From Calcarisporiella thermophila CBS 279.70 (taxonomy: Eukaryota > Fungi > Calcarisporiellomycota), in contig NW_027192211.1 of assembly GCF_041956535.1 (NCBI RefSeq), positions 211,079 to 275,078 on the forward strand: a DNA stretch of 64,000 nt, in the 5' to 3' direction. Made by a program: the position numbers and the translations under genes. This document shows positions 38,746-50,976 of this stretch, in pieces. Position 1 is the first letter of the stretch; every line of letters begins with the position of its first letter. The notes below the pieces were generated by a model, which saw only the letters and a list, made by a program, of their open reading frames with translations, did no database searches and was not told the origin of the DNA.

Positions 38746-40508
38746 ATGCATATAGCACAATATTTAACGCTACTATCGCTGATTGCATCCGTTTGTGCGC
38801 AGGCTACTGCACCTGGCGCTATTGATTCATTCGGCTATTCATTGATCGGCTCTAAGTAAGTGATTGACAATACAGTGATGAATATCTTTTTTAACCAATT
38901 CATTGCTTTCTCTACAGCCTCTATGTCTATGGCGGTTATATAGTTGAGGCAAATACGGCACCGAAGAAGTCTTCTAATCTCTTTCAACTCGATCTCACTA
39001 CCTCGTTTGATGTTACAACCCCTCCTTGGAAGTTCATCAGCAATGGCCCAGCTCTAGCCTCTACCTCACTTTTTGCAGATCCCCAAAACAATATCCTCGC
39101 TGTATACGGTGGTCAACATGACAATGCTGAAAAGGGAACATTTTCTTCGCCCAGCTCCATCCATTTCTTTGATATTAACAATCAACAATGGGTAAGTATT
39201 CAAGCTGCTGTTCTCTATTAGCAAGACTTATACCTTTTGAATAGAGCACAGAGGAAGCATCCTCACCGCCCGATCGAATGCTAGCAACGATTGTGAATGA
39301 CAAAAAGGGCGACGCATGGATGTTCGGTGGTTCCTCCTTGAACCGTGAGTTTATCTACTTAGATATGTTCCGATTCAATTTCTCGGATCACAAATGGATA
39401 TACTACAAAAAGACGGAGGTATTTCCTCGGCGACGGTGGGGTCATACTGGTACATATACTTCAAAACCGCATCTTAAAAAGCCTAGGATTAACATATGTA
39501 TGCCAATCTTAGCAAACCTATTAAATTCGGGTGATATGGTTATAATCGGGGGGCACTCTGGCGACGAGCTAGAAGAGCTTAGTCAAATATACGTATTTAA
39601 CACACAAGACGAAACATGGACATTAAAAGAGATCGTGGATAATCCTCCTCCCGCTCGATGGACACATGCAGCAACTGTGTGTAAGTTACAATCATTTGAC
39701 TTTTTTATCTGATAATATAGTAAAATATTGTATTTCCTTTATAGTACCAGATAATAATATTCTTCTATATGGTGGCAGTGATAGCGCAATGAATCTCCTA
39801 AGTGATTTTTGGATCCTTAACACAAACAACTGGACATGGTCACAGATTGAAGTTACAAACCCTCCCCCTCCACGTAGTCGACATGGGATGATTACTTATG
39901 GGGATAATGTGTTGGTTCTTTTTGGTGAGACGACAGTTAAAGATTTCAATATGAAATAGTAAATTTAATGCACGAAGTATTTTTTTTCCGTTTCCATAGG
40001 GATGCTTGATTACCAAGGCAAGTCGGATGACCCTAACATCTATGTGCTTAACACCAAAACTTGGTCATTTGTCCCCTCTTATGCCCCATCTGCAATGGCC
40101 AATGGCCCTGCACAAAACAATAGCCAGTCACCAGTAGCCACCAATATCCCAGCAAGTGATAAGGACGGATTTTTCAATGGGAATCATAGTCTTGCGAGTA
40201 TATTCGGCATCATTATTGGTATTGCTGTATTGATCTCCCTATTTGTTGGTGGATACATGATCCGCTCGCACCGCAAACACTCCGCCGCATATCATCCCAT
40301 GACCTCGAGAGATGAGGAAGAGGGCGGAGAAGAAGGAGTATTGAGAGGAGAAATATTAAGCCCTGCTTCCCTGAATACTGGAAATGGTCGATTATCGCCC
40401 ACCTCATTATCACAAGAAACTGACAGTATACCTTTGGGTTCAACCTCCTTGTCAAGTACGGCAGTGAGTACACCAAATTTACCTGATAAGTTGGATGCTT
40501 CCAGATGA
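38746..40508 (+). CDS. Type I membrane protein with extracellular kelch repeats
   Basis: Signal peptide MHIAQYLTLLSLIASVCAQ; kelch GG motifs (YVYGG, WMFGG, IIGG, LYGG); TM IFGIIIGIAVLISLFVGGYMI. Confidence 0.85.
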
Positions 40509-40888
40509 TGATTGGCGAATTAGCTCTTATGTAAAAATGGAATCTTTACTTATTTTTCCTTTGACAATACCTTTTCGTTCTTCAATTATCGACTTTTTTT
40601 TTTTATCTTTCCATTGTGATAATATTTTATATAGATTATATATTTTCTTGACAATTTTCAAGGTCAAACAAAGGATTTCAACGCGCTTCCTTTTTCAATC
40701 TATTAAAATGGAGGTATTTGAATGATTTGTGTATTTCCCCGAAGATTAGAAATAGCTTGAAGGTGTAATAAAAGCAGAGAAATTCATTAAGCAAAATACA
40801 TTGTGGATACGAGAAAAAAGGAAAAGAGTACAGATTTCTAGAGTCTTCAAAAATATCATTTCAAACGTTCTCAGATATTTAAGCTAAA

Positions 40889-41557
40889 TCAAAATAGTCG
40901 CACTCGGTGCATCGCAGGTAGTTTGGCAATGAGAACCACACAAAGAACTACGACATTGAAAGCAAAGGTAAATGGATGATTGCGGCTATAATAGGTGCTC
41001 AAAAAAAAGAGTGCGATATGGATGGCAAAAAGGAATTTGCGCGAAGGGGTATTGTAGGTCTCATTATCAATTTGCTCCCAAAGTGTCTAAAGAAAAGTAG
41101 TGTCAGTAAATAAGAATGCGAAAAAAGGAGGTGATTGTTTATTATCTTACCAGCTCATCGTAGGCGCCTTGATATCCTTGATGATTATCAAATGGAATAC
41201 CTTCAACGCCGTGAAACAAAATATAACTACACTATAATCAAGAAGTAAGGACGTCAATCGTTTGTCATTTTGCAAGACATTGCGAACACATGTAAAGAGA
41301 CGTACCAGATTATAGAGCACATTTGTGATGGTCCAACTTGCATCCCCAATTCCTGGAATTGCCCCAAGATAGCTTCGTATACATAAAATAAACACTATAG
41401 TTGCAACCCATGCACCTGCAGAAAATTATAAGATGATGTGCTTAGCTATACAAAGCCGAATCCTCTCCCCTTCCAAATAAACTACCTTTATTATTTATCC
41501 ATGTTGCGCTCAAATTGACCATCGCAGATCGATCCTCTTTAATATTTTGTTTGTCAT
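40889..41557 (-). CDS. ORM1: ORM1/ORMDL sphingolipid synthesis regulator
   Basis: Spliced ATWINNK/GAW...SWTITNVLYN...FHGVEGIPF...YDE/LTLWEQID...TPSRKFL...IAKLPAMHRVRLF. Confidence 0.92.
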
Positions 41558-41818
41558 TATTTTTATCGTGTTCAATGAAAGACATAGCAATACAAAGGAA
41601 GGCAGGTAGATTCTGGGCTTAAAGGATCTAAAGAAGATACTATATGGGTATACAATATCTGTAGGTTTAAATTAAAAGTGAGGGGAGCAGAGATGAAAAA
41701 TAATAGCAATAACTATTCCACCAAGAAAATTGCTCTTAAGATTTCGACTGAAATTTTGCATCAATATCTTTGGGCAATAATTTCCCTTGGGATATCCGTT
41801 CCAACAATCAGACTCAAG

Positions 41819-42533
41819 ATGTACTCGACCCGCAACATTCGATATTTGCGAATTGGAGAGAAACAAGTAGGAATATCCTTGTGCATAGACTATTTTTGTA
41901 TGATATTTGTTCGAACACCCCATTTTTGTGTAGGTACTTCAAATGGTACTCTATTTGAAAGAAGAGAATGTAGCTTGGTTCAATGATCACATAATGCAAC
42001 AGGTGCTCTCAGCAATCCAGCCAGTTATTAGCAAGAAATTCTCAGAGGAGGATAAGAAAAAAGGCAAAGACACAGTTGCTGATGTGTTTCGTGGAGGTAA
42101 GTTGAGCTCCCTTTTTTAATGGTACATCCAATATTAAACATTTATTTTTTAGCGGATTTCCAGTTTGCCTATTACTTTAAGCCAACGGATACTCGCCATT
42201 GTATTTTAATGAAGGTATGTTAGAAATAAATTGAAGTAACTCAAGCGTCCCATATCCCGCTTATTTCTGCTGAACTAGGATATTTCATTCACTGCACCTG
42301 AGAGAAACGCTGCTTCTGACAACGAAGAAGATATAGAAGAAGATGTCAAGTTAAAACTTAAAGCCACCTACGATAATCTCGCTTTGCACCGAAAAACGCT
42401 AGTGGTCGTGGTAGAGCCCTATTCTCCACAACGGCCGCCTCCAGACTTCATGGGCTTTGAATATAGACGTGAATTAAGTATCCAGAACTATTTCACAGCA
42501 AAATCGAGCTCTAACGCCGGTGATGCTGACTAA
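41819..42533 (+). CDS. Uncharacterised protein (4 exons) not captured by the ORF track
   Basis: Spliced MYSTRNIRYLRIGEKQ/VLQMVLYLKEENVAWFNDH...DVFRG/ADFQFAYYFKPTDTRHCILMK/DISF...RKTLVVVVEP...SIQNYF...; canonical splice sites maintain the frame. Confidence 0.7.
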
Positions 42534-42741
42534 ATGAATATTGAAAACAAAAAAGAGGGGAGCAGAGGGGGGGATGGGAAGAGAAGACGTAGCTAGACTT
42601 CTAATTGTACATTTATACTGTTACTCTTACTTCAAATTAAAATCCAGTTCGTAATTTGATCACGTGCTGTAAGATCGTTCTTTTACTTCCATCTCCACAT
42701 CTTTACGATCTTGATCACTCTTTTTTACTGCCTAATCAACG

Positions 42742-43672
42742 ATGAAATACCTAGAAGTACCAGCACTAGATGCAATCAATAAAGCACTCTCATTTGACAC
42801 AACAGAATGTAAAGTCGTTGGCAGAGTAGAGGCCTACTCTTGTACGAAAAACATATATTACTTTAATCGATCATTTTACTGAGATTTTACTAACGTTCTA
42901 TTCCTTTAGGCAAGAGTGCAGGCGCTGACAAAAAAGTGTATAAGTATCTCGAAAACAAATATTTAGATGAGATGGCACATAGCACATCGCCCGAGGATCA
43001 TTTTAAGAACATCGTTTCTCCTTTTGGTCCAATGAATGAGGCAAATTCACGCAAGACACTCTTTTACTTAATTGCAACTCTGAACGCAGCATATCCTGAC
43101 CATGACTTCACGTACATATTTCTTCATTAAATTTTTACCGATCCTAGCTAATGCATATATATAGTGATGTTAAACCAGATCATTTTAGTAAGCAGCCTTC
43201 GGTAGCTCTAGTTACAAATTCAGTGACCAACACGCTTTTCAATCTGGGACACGAGCAAATCGTGAGGGATATGCGCATCTGGGAAGTAGTCGATGAGACC
43301 ATAAACTTGGAAGAGAGTGATGTCTATAGCTACAACAACAATGATTTGGATCCAAATAGTGATGGAGCAATGTAAGTTTGATGCATATTGAGCTATTGCG
43401 AGTATAGTTTTTGGAATTGAAGTGTATATATCCCTAAATAGATGGTCTCAAAATTTTATTTTTTTTAACAAAAAACTGAAGAGAATAGTATTCTTTACTC
43501 TACGAGGAATGAGGCATGGGGTTATAGCGCAGGATGACATCCCGGCAATGGAGTAGGATTTATTTTTTGGAAGGATTAAACGCTGAAATGAACATATTAC
43601 TGACAGTTGGACATTTTCAACTAATATAGATCCGAAAACGAAGATTATGTAGTTGGCGATATAGAAGTTTAA
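42742..43672 (+). CDS. MAF1: RNA polymerase III repressor Maf1
   Basis: [19 protein letters not shown]...[38 protein letters not shown]. Confidence 0.95.
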
Positions 43673-44005
43673 TTATATATCAAAATTGTACATATACATT
43701 CTCTTTTCGGTTTTATCGTCGCCTCAGTTTCCCACTTAGTTTGCAGGTCTAGGGTTGTCTATCATTAACCACTCTTTTATGTGCTTTTTCCTTTTTTATT
43801 CTTAAAGGAGTATTTTTATGTTGATAGGAATTGTTAATTTTGTTTAATACACTTTATTTTCAATTGCAAGCCTTGAGCAGATATGTGAAAAATGCCAAAT
43901 AATATACTCAACCTCCCCTCCATTCCCTTCGTTGGTATATGCCGTTTTAGAGATTATAAAAAGAGTGAATTCAATAAGTGCAAAGATGGGATGGATCCTT
44001 GCCGA

Positions 44006-44383
44006 TTATAATTCGTCTTTTGCTCCAATATCCAACCACTTCAGAAATCTTAGCATCCTATAGCCGTAAAATAAAATTGCAGCAATCAAAATCATGCGAT
44101 ACATGGGGCTTTTCCAAAATGTAGAGCGGGTGATGTTTGTGTTAGTGTCTTCAGGAAAGCGCAATCGTGCAACACCATCTTGAGCAGCTACACTTGGAAG
44201 CCATCTCCGCCTTCTACTTTTACGAGCGGAAAAACTATGGGTATCTTGAGCATCCAGTTCCGAATCTAAAGACATGAGCAAGCATTATAGGAAACCAGGA
44301 GGGATAAGAAAGTTTGCTAGAAATATGAGATAATCCACTTTTAGTTACTCACTTTTGATAGAATCAAGCTTTGTATCTTTCAT
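44006..44383 (-). CDS. Small single-TM protein ending in KDEL
   Basis: Short exon MKDTKLDSIK spliced to the 91-aa ORF; TM MILIAAILFYGY; C-terminal KDEL. Confidence 0.55.
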
Positions 44384-44803
44384 TTCGATTCTATGTTTAG
44401 AGCAAGTTTGGTTACATTCCTTGAGCTTTGTATTATTTGCCTTGACAAGGAGTGAAATTTTCCTTCATGTTAGTCTTAATTTAGATGCATTGAGGCATTG
44501 CAATTGCCCAAAGGCTTAGACTCAAGAAAAGCATTTTTGGCGATGCTGAGATGTGGCTTGGCAGAAAATTATTTCATCCGAGAAGGGCTTTCTTATGGCC
44601 GCATTAATGCTGTTCTGTGGCAAATAGGCATTATTATTGGCTAAGATAACTAACTCAAGAATAAGATTAAGTTTTAAGTCTATTTAGAAAATGGTAAACC
44701 ACGCGAAAAGCGCAATTCAAGCGGCCGAAAGGCGCAGAGTCATTTATAAGATGCGCGCGCGAAACGTACGCCCTCCTCTTTGTCCAGCTCATTGTCTAAT
44801 TCC

Positions 44804-46139
44804 ATGCGAATTTCAGTGCCTTTTTTCTCATTAGCAACCATTGCATTGTCAGCACCTACCCTTAATGATCCTTTGTGTGTTGACCACCATGACCCTCTGA
44901 ATCCTCATAAGTTTAGTTTGGCTTCATGCCCACTTATCTATCGAAGTCCACGACTGCGCTATAACCGTCGTCAACAGCCATCTAACCAAGCTTCTGATAA
45001 ATCCATGTTTCAAATATCCTTCACTTGCACAATGACGGATGCTACGCTATGTGAAAAAGCACGCAGAAGTTTTGAACGAACCGGAGAGGCATACACAAGC
45101 GTATTAAACTTGAAAGCACCAGTGATAATTAACGCGACATTTACCAGATTTTGTAAGGCAATTCCTGATATTGATCCCGGCTGTTCCACCGAAAGCAGCT
45201 CTTATTTGGCGGGTGCCGCAACTAGTACCCGAAGTGTACTATTAGAGGATGACGATAGAATACAGCGACTCTACCCACAAGCGCTGGTCAAACAATTCCA
45301 ACTTAACCCACAGCCTCATCTGAGCACATTCGATATCCTAGCCATATTTAATAGCGAGATCGATTGGCATTTTCTGGTAACCCAACCCATTAAATTCATT
45401 GAAATGCACGACTAGATTTTTTTTTTTTGAATTCTCTTCTTAGGATGATGGTGAATTACAGCCGAATGAGACAAAAACAATCTTCGACTTAGTCGTTGTG
45501 CATGAGATCATGCATGGCCTTGGTTTTACTGGAAACTGGGAAGAACCTGAAAATATGGAAGTACTAATTCCAATCGGAATGTATGCTCCCGATGAAATAG
45601 CCTCTTATCGTCAGTCTTTCGATTTTTTCATTGAATCAGCTTTTGATCGCTATATGTTTTTGCCGTTAAAGAATCATGCCACCACACAATACACGCAACA
45701 ACTCAATACTGCAGTGAGGAAGTATCTTCCCGAAATTGGCCGCTCTCCAGAAAGATTCATCAAGGATTTGAAAGAGTTGCCTGAGTTTGAGCCTGCTCGG
45801 GAGATGATGAATTTTACAACCACACCCGACGCAATTGCATTTTTACCATATAATGGAAATGCGTCTAGTGATTTGATATATCTCGAAACTGAGCTTAACC
45901 CCTATTCACCTGGATCTTCTATATACCATACAAGTTATAATAGATATGTTAATACGACTGAAGGCCTAATGGCATGGCGTGCAGATTGGCGGCGCAATAA
46001 CCCATTAATCCGGAACACTATGCTAAACGAAGGGAGAGCATTTATTAGTCCTAGTTTGCAGCGAATAATGGCTTCAATAGGATGGGATACTGCGGGTAAT
46101 TTTTCTCGACCACCTCCGCCAAAACTTCCAAGCAATTGA
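44804..46139 (+). CDS. Secreted zincin-like metalloprotease (HEIMHGLGF)
   Basis: Signal peptide MRISVPFFSLATIALSA; RR site; YPQALVKQ, DILAIFNS, VVHEIMHGLGF, GSSIYH; one intron. Confidence 0.8.
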
Positions 46140-47418
46140 CGATAATCCAGTGAAGAGATACTGGCTAGAGTAGACTAACGCTTATCACCATAACGTGTAT
46201 ATTACCTAAGAATCCTCCTCTCTCCCCCACTTGTATTATTTAATTTCCTTCTACCAGCACATGTGGACTATTTCCATCTATTTAATTCTAAAACACAAAT
46301 AACCATTGTACCATTAAATAGAAATACGTTAATGGTTTGTTGATTTTAGTGGTTTAATCCGGACGACCGTGTGATCCGCTCTAATAGGTAAAGCTAGGCT
46401 ACATGTTTGTGGAGAGTGGAAGGATAGTCATTTTCAAGTTGAACAAGTTATATAAGAAACCGCACACTCTCTAGTGAAAAATTCTGTATGACCAGAATAA
46501 TTAGTGCTTAAGGGTTTTTACCCCTTAGTGAAACAATTGGTTTTGTTTAAATAAACAAGGAAGTATCTTCCAAGCATACATAATTTCTAATATCGAGAGT
46601 TGCACTGTAATGATGAGTTGGGGTTGTATTCACGTTGCTAGTTTTGGAATAGATAATCTCCTAGTGCATGATCTGTAGAGCCTGCAGACACAACGCGTGC
46701 ATAAATGATGGCTTGATAGTGTGGCTATTCCCAATAATTTATAGTTATTATATTACACTTATTTAATAATAGCAAAACAAAATCTGTGTTAATCTCTCGG
46801 TCCAATGGAAATTTATCCAGGGGTAATGATGTAATACGTTTGGTATTGGTACATTTTCCACGGAGGGGGAAATGCGCCATATATGTAAGATTGGAACACA
46901 GTCATTGTAATGCTTATTCTTCATCGAATATATAGAAAGAGTCAATTTCCGTATTATTAATCAGTCATTCCAATCATTTTTCCTGGTTATTTCATTCAAT
47001 GGATTAATTTTTACCTCTCATGCATGCACTACAGGAATGGGGAGCTTAAATGACATGTATGAATATAATTGGATTTATGTTTTGTAATAAAGATTATGTG
47101 CACCGTGAAACTCCTTCCATTTTTCGTGGGCATGGTTACTAAGCTGCACGGCACCAAACGATTTATCGGATAATTATAAACGGTTAAAAATTGTGTTTCG
47201 GAATTTATCTGGGAGGTGTTGAAATTCCATACATTTTGAGGAACTGTTTACAAGTAAAAGGGGAAAAAAGACAGGAAAAAGATGAAGGAAACGAATATAC
47301 AATTTACAGTTGAAATAACGCAACAATGAACAAAAATCCAGCACAAGCTAAGGATCCACATAAAAATGAAAAAAATTGTGGAGAGAAAGGGGCGTTTGGA
47401 CAACCAAAACAATGCCCA

Positions 47419-48355
47419 TCAATCAAACCAGCCCGCCCTGTCAAACACTTCCCAGATCTTAGATGTTTTATTAACGTCCACTCGACATAGCTTTTGTGCA
47501 TCGGTCTTGCGAAATGCCTTTCCTTGCTTTTGATGTTCTTTTGATCCACGTAATAAAGCCGATTTACATGAAAGATACTGTGAAGGCGTAAGCCTTAATG
47601 TGGAGCATATGCGCTTTTCAAGAGGATGTAGAAGCGATTGGTCAGGAAGATGACTGATATCAAGTTGGCTACCTATTTTCAGGGCGATGTAAGGAAAGGG
47701 AACATATGTGAAATTGTTCTTTCTAGCAAAATATTTGTCCTAGAATAATACCTTTCCATTGAAGTCTCTGAACAGCACGAGAAAGCTTGTCTTCATTAAT
47801 GATAGGCTCAATCTCTTTGATGGATACCATATTCTCTTGGGGAATTTCGCTCGTGGTTCTTGTAGGTGAGGAGGATAGGCGTTGTGATGGCTTGGATGGT
47901 AAACTTGTTAGAGAGGCGTGGCCTAAGGTTAGCCCCTGTTTTGATATCAAAGAGCTTAGTTTTGGCGAACGATGACTAAGCGTGGGGGACACTGCTTCCA
48001 GCTTGAAAAAACCAGAAGCATAAATAAGAGAAGGTGGAGTAGGTAGTCGTACTGGCGGACTCTTGCGTTGTCGTCTCTTGGCAATACTGGAGGGGCTATG
48101 TGTAGTTTGCACTTGACGTTCGAGCATATGGAGGGCTTCAACAAGTTCAGAAGCCCTGCCCTGCCAATGACCTCTCCTGTATGTATATGCTTTGGAGGTT
48201 GATGCACGGGGCATTGTGAAAGTAGCAGACAAAATATTGGGTGTTTCGCCATGAGATTTTGAATCATACTCCATTCTCATTGGTGTGAGGGGAGGAGTGG
48301 GAGGAGAAAAGAGCGAGCATGGTGAATAATCTTTGAAGAAGGTATGTTCCGACAT
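47419..48355 (-). CDS. FUN19/YOR338W-like SWIRM-domain protein
   Basis: Low-complexity N-terminus, then WKG/...LHPLEKRICSTLRLTPSQYL...FRKTDAQKLCRVDVNKTSKIWEVFDRAGWF. Confidence 0.85.
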
Positions 48356-49007
48356 ATTTACTCTTTTGGGTCGCAAGAGTAAGAGAAGGAAATAGAGTCT
48401 GAAATACACAAGGGGGCTAAAATAAAAAAAGCAGAGACAAGAAAAGTAGGAGAGTTGATGACAGCATCCAAGCTTCGCCGGTTTAAATAAAACAGGGGAA
48501 ATTAAATGGTTTCAGCAGTCATACGCATCGGCCATGCGGAAGAATTTTCGATTCAAATAGGCGAAAACGCATCTATTTGCTAATTTTACCCGCCAGAGTC
48601 ATCGAGGCGATTATTCAGTCTATTACTAATATTGCCTACTTCTTTTTATTTCTTTTGAAGGAAATAAACACGGTACTATGAATACAAACACACAGACACA
48701 AGCGCAAACTCATCCTCCCCCAATTAGGCATATATGCTGTTATTATGAAGGATTAATCTTTTTATTTATCTTGGCTTGTAATGTAGAAAGATTGACGTAT
48801 CCTTCTTGGTGGGTTTTGCATACCCGTGACTGTAAGATTAATGCGAATCAATAGTACGAAATACGAGTTGGGGTAAATTGATAACAAACACGTCGGCTCC
48901 ATAATAACCCCAATTTTCACCATATCTGTCCATTTTTCCTCGCACTGCGAGTTTCTTCTTCTTCCCCCTCCTCTTCTGATTGCCTCACCTTTTGCTTGCT
49001 CCTCTTT

Positions 49008-50153
49008 ATGGCACCAACTCTACTCAAAAAGCCTCCTCGTGCATTCACCATAGTCCCAACTCGCTATGGTGGCACCGGCCGCCTGGGCAATTTGACTCCG
49101 CAGCAGGAAGTGACTCTCCAGCGCTTCAAGGACGAGCTCGGGAAAAAGGGCATCTACGACCCCGCGGCTCACGACGACTATCTTCTATTGCGCTTCTTAC
49201 GTGCGCGCAAATTCGACCTTGCCCTCTCGCTACTCATGTTCACCAAGTATGTCCAATGGAGAAACGAATTTCAAGTCGACGAACTTGTATCCACGTTCGT
49301 GTTTAATGAAATTGACAAAGTCGCGCAACATTACCCTCGCTACTACCATATGACCGATCGATTTGACCGCCCCATCTATATTGAGCATGTAGGGAGCATT
49401 AATTTACAGCAGTTGTTTAAGGTCACCACAGAAGAGCGTATGATTAAGCATTTCGTGGTTGGTTACGAGAGTTTATTGAACTGGCGACTCCCTGCTTGCT
49501 CAAAACTTGCTGGGCAACGCATTGAACAGTGCTATACCATTCTCGACCTGAAAGGAATCCCCTTACGACAAGCTCCTTCACTTCTTGGCTTTATCAAGCG
49601 TATTTCCTCCATTGCTCAAGATTACTATCCGGAGGTAAAGTGTGAAATAGTTTATTTAAACGTGGAGTTGGTAGAAAGTGTGTTCAATGGGTCTGTTTTT
49701 CCTTTTCTTTCAAAGATGTTGGGCAAACTGGTTATCATTAATGCCCCGCTCCTTTTCTCATCGGTGTGGTCCATGATCAAGGTAAAATTATAAAAACATC
49801 TCATCTTCATTGTCAATTGTAAATAATACTCTTTATTTTTAGCCCTTCCTCGATGAAGTTACCGTCAATAAGATTGTGATTCTTGGCGGGAAATATCAGC
49901 AAGAGCTTCTGAAGGACATTGACCCGGAGAATTTGCCCAAATTTCTTGGCGGAAATTGCGAATGCGATGGCGGGTGCAACAAAAGCGATTCTGGCCCATG
50001 GAAGGTGAGCAGGACCAATACAAAATAGTATACATATTCTAAATTCAAAAAAATTTTTTTTCGTAGGATGCTCGATTCAACAAGCAATTACCTCGGGAAA
50101 TAGGAAATGAGGATGAAGGCTCGGATGCGGAGTCGGAGCGACTCTCTCGCTAA
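49008..50153 (+). CDS. SEC14: Sec14 phosphatidylinositol transfer protein (CRAL-TRIO)
   Basis: [79 protein letters not shown]. Confidence 0.93.
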
Positions 50154-50976
50154 ACATTGGGCGATAACCAATCTGCAAAAGTGAGCAGAAAACATTATAA
50201 AAGACATTTTTACGATATCCTATAAAAAACGTTCTGGATCCATTGGGTGAAATGGAGGACGGATTTATGTGATTGAACTTTTGCCTTAAACATTCGGCTC
50301 TAGTATATGTATGCATATCAAAGACTTTGCTCTATACCAATTCTTAGACTTTTTTTTATTACGAACCTTTTTTTCTCCATATTTTGCCTGTGTACGTCTT
50401 TCTTATTTGTAATGGACTATATTCCATAGTAATACATAAAGATAGCAGTGACATTGACAAATACCTACCCAATATGAACGGGGACTATGACATTCCAAGC
50501 GTTTATTGCATTCCGGTATGCGAAGTATCAGACGGTCAATCACACAAAAATGCCAAAACATTCCAGCAAGGAGAGAAAAAAACGCGCATGTAAGGCCTGC
50601 TTTTGGGCGGGCAAGAATTTCGAGTGCGCACGGCCCCCGAAATTACACTCAACCCTGATTTTTGGGCCATTCAACTTTGATCGACAGCGAAGGCCGATCT
50701 GAAAATATGAAATAAAAAAACCCATAAAAAGATTGAGCACTTCCCGCTTTCAACCTAGCCGACTTTATCTTCTCATCAAACCCTCTCTAGACCGAATATA
50801 TATAGTATCACTGCTCCTCTCTATTTGTCTTGAATCCTTTATTTCTCTCTTTTCTTTTACAGACAGGCGCTGACCTATCCCCTCTTTAGTGTATATACCC
50901 TCTTGCTTATTAGATCTTTCTGTAACTTAAGTCGCGCTCCCTTTAGAGTTATCAGCAGGGCTGGTTTGCTTTCCCA

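Noticed and set aside
15339-48355. Apparent enrichment of chromatin/transcription genes (MYSM1, ERT1, Clr4, CTR9, MAF1, FUN19)
   Set aside because: Unrelated pathways interspersed with other housekeeping genes; compatible with chance
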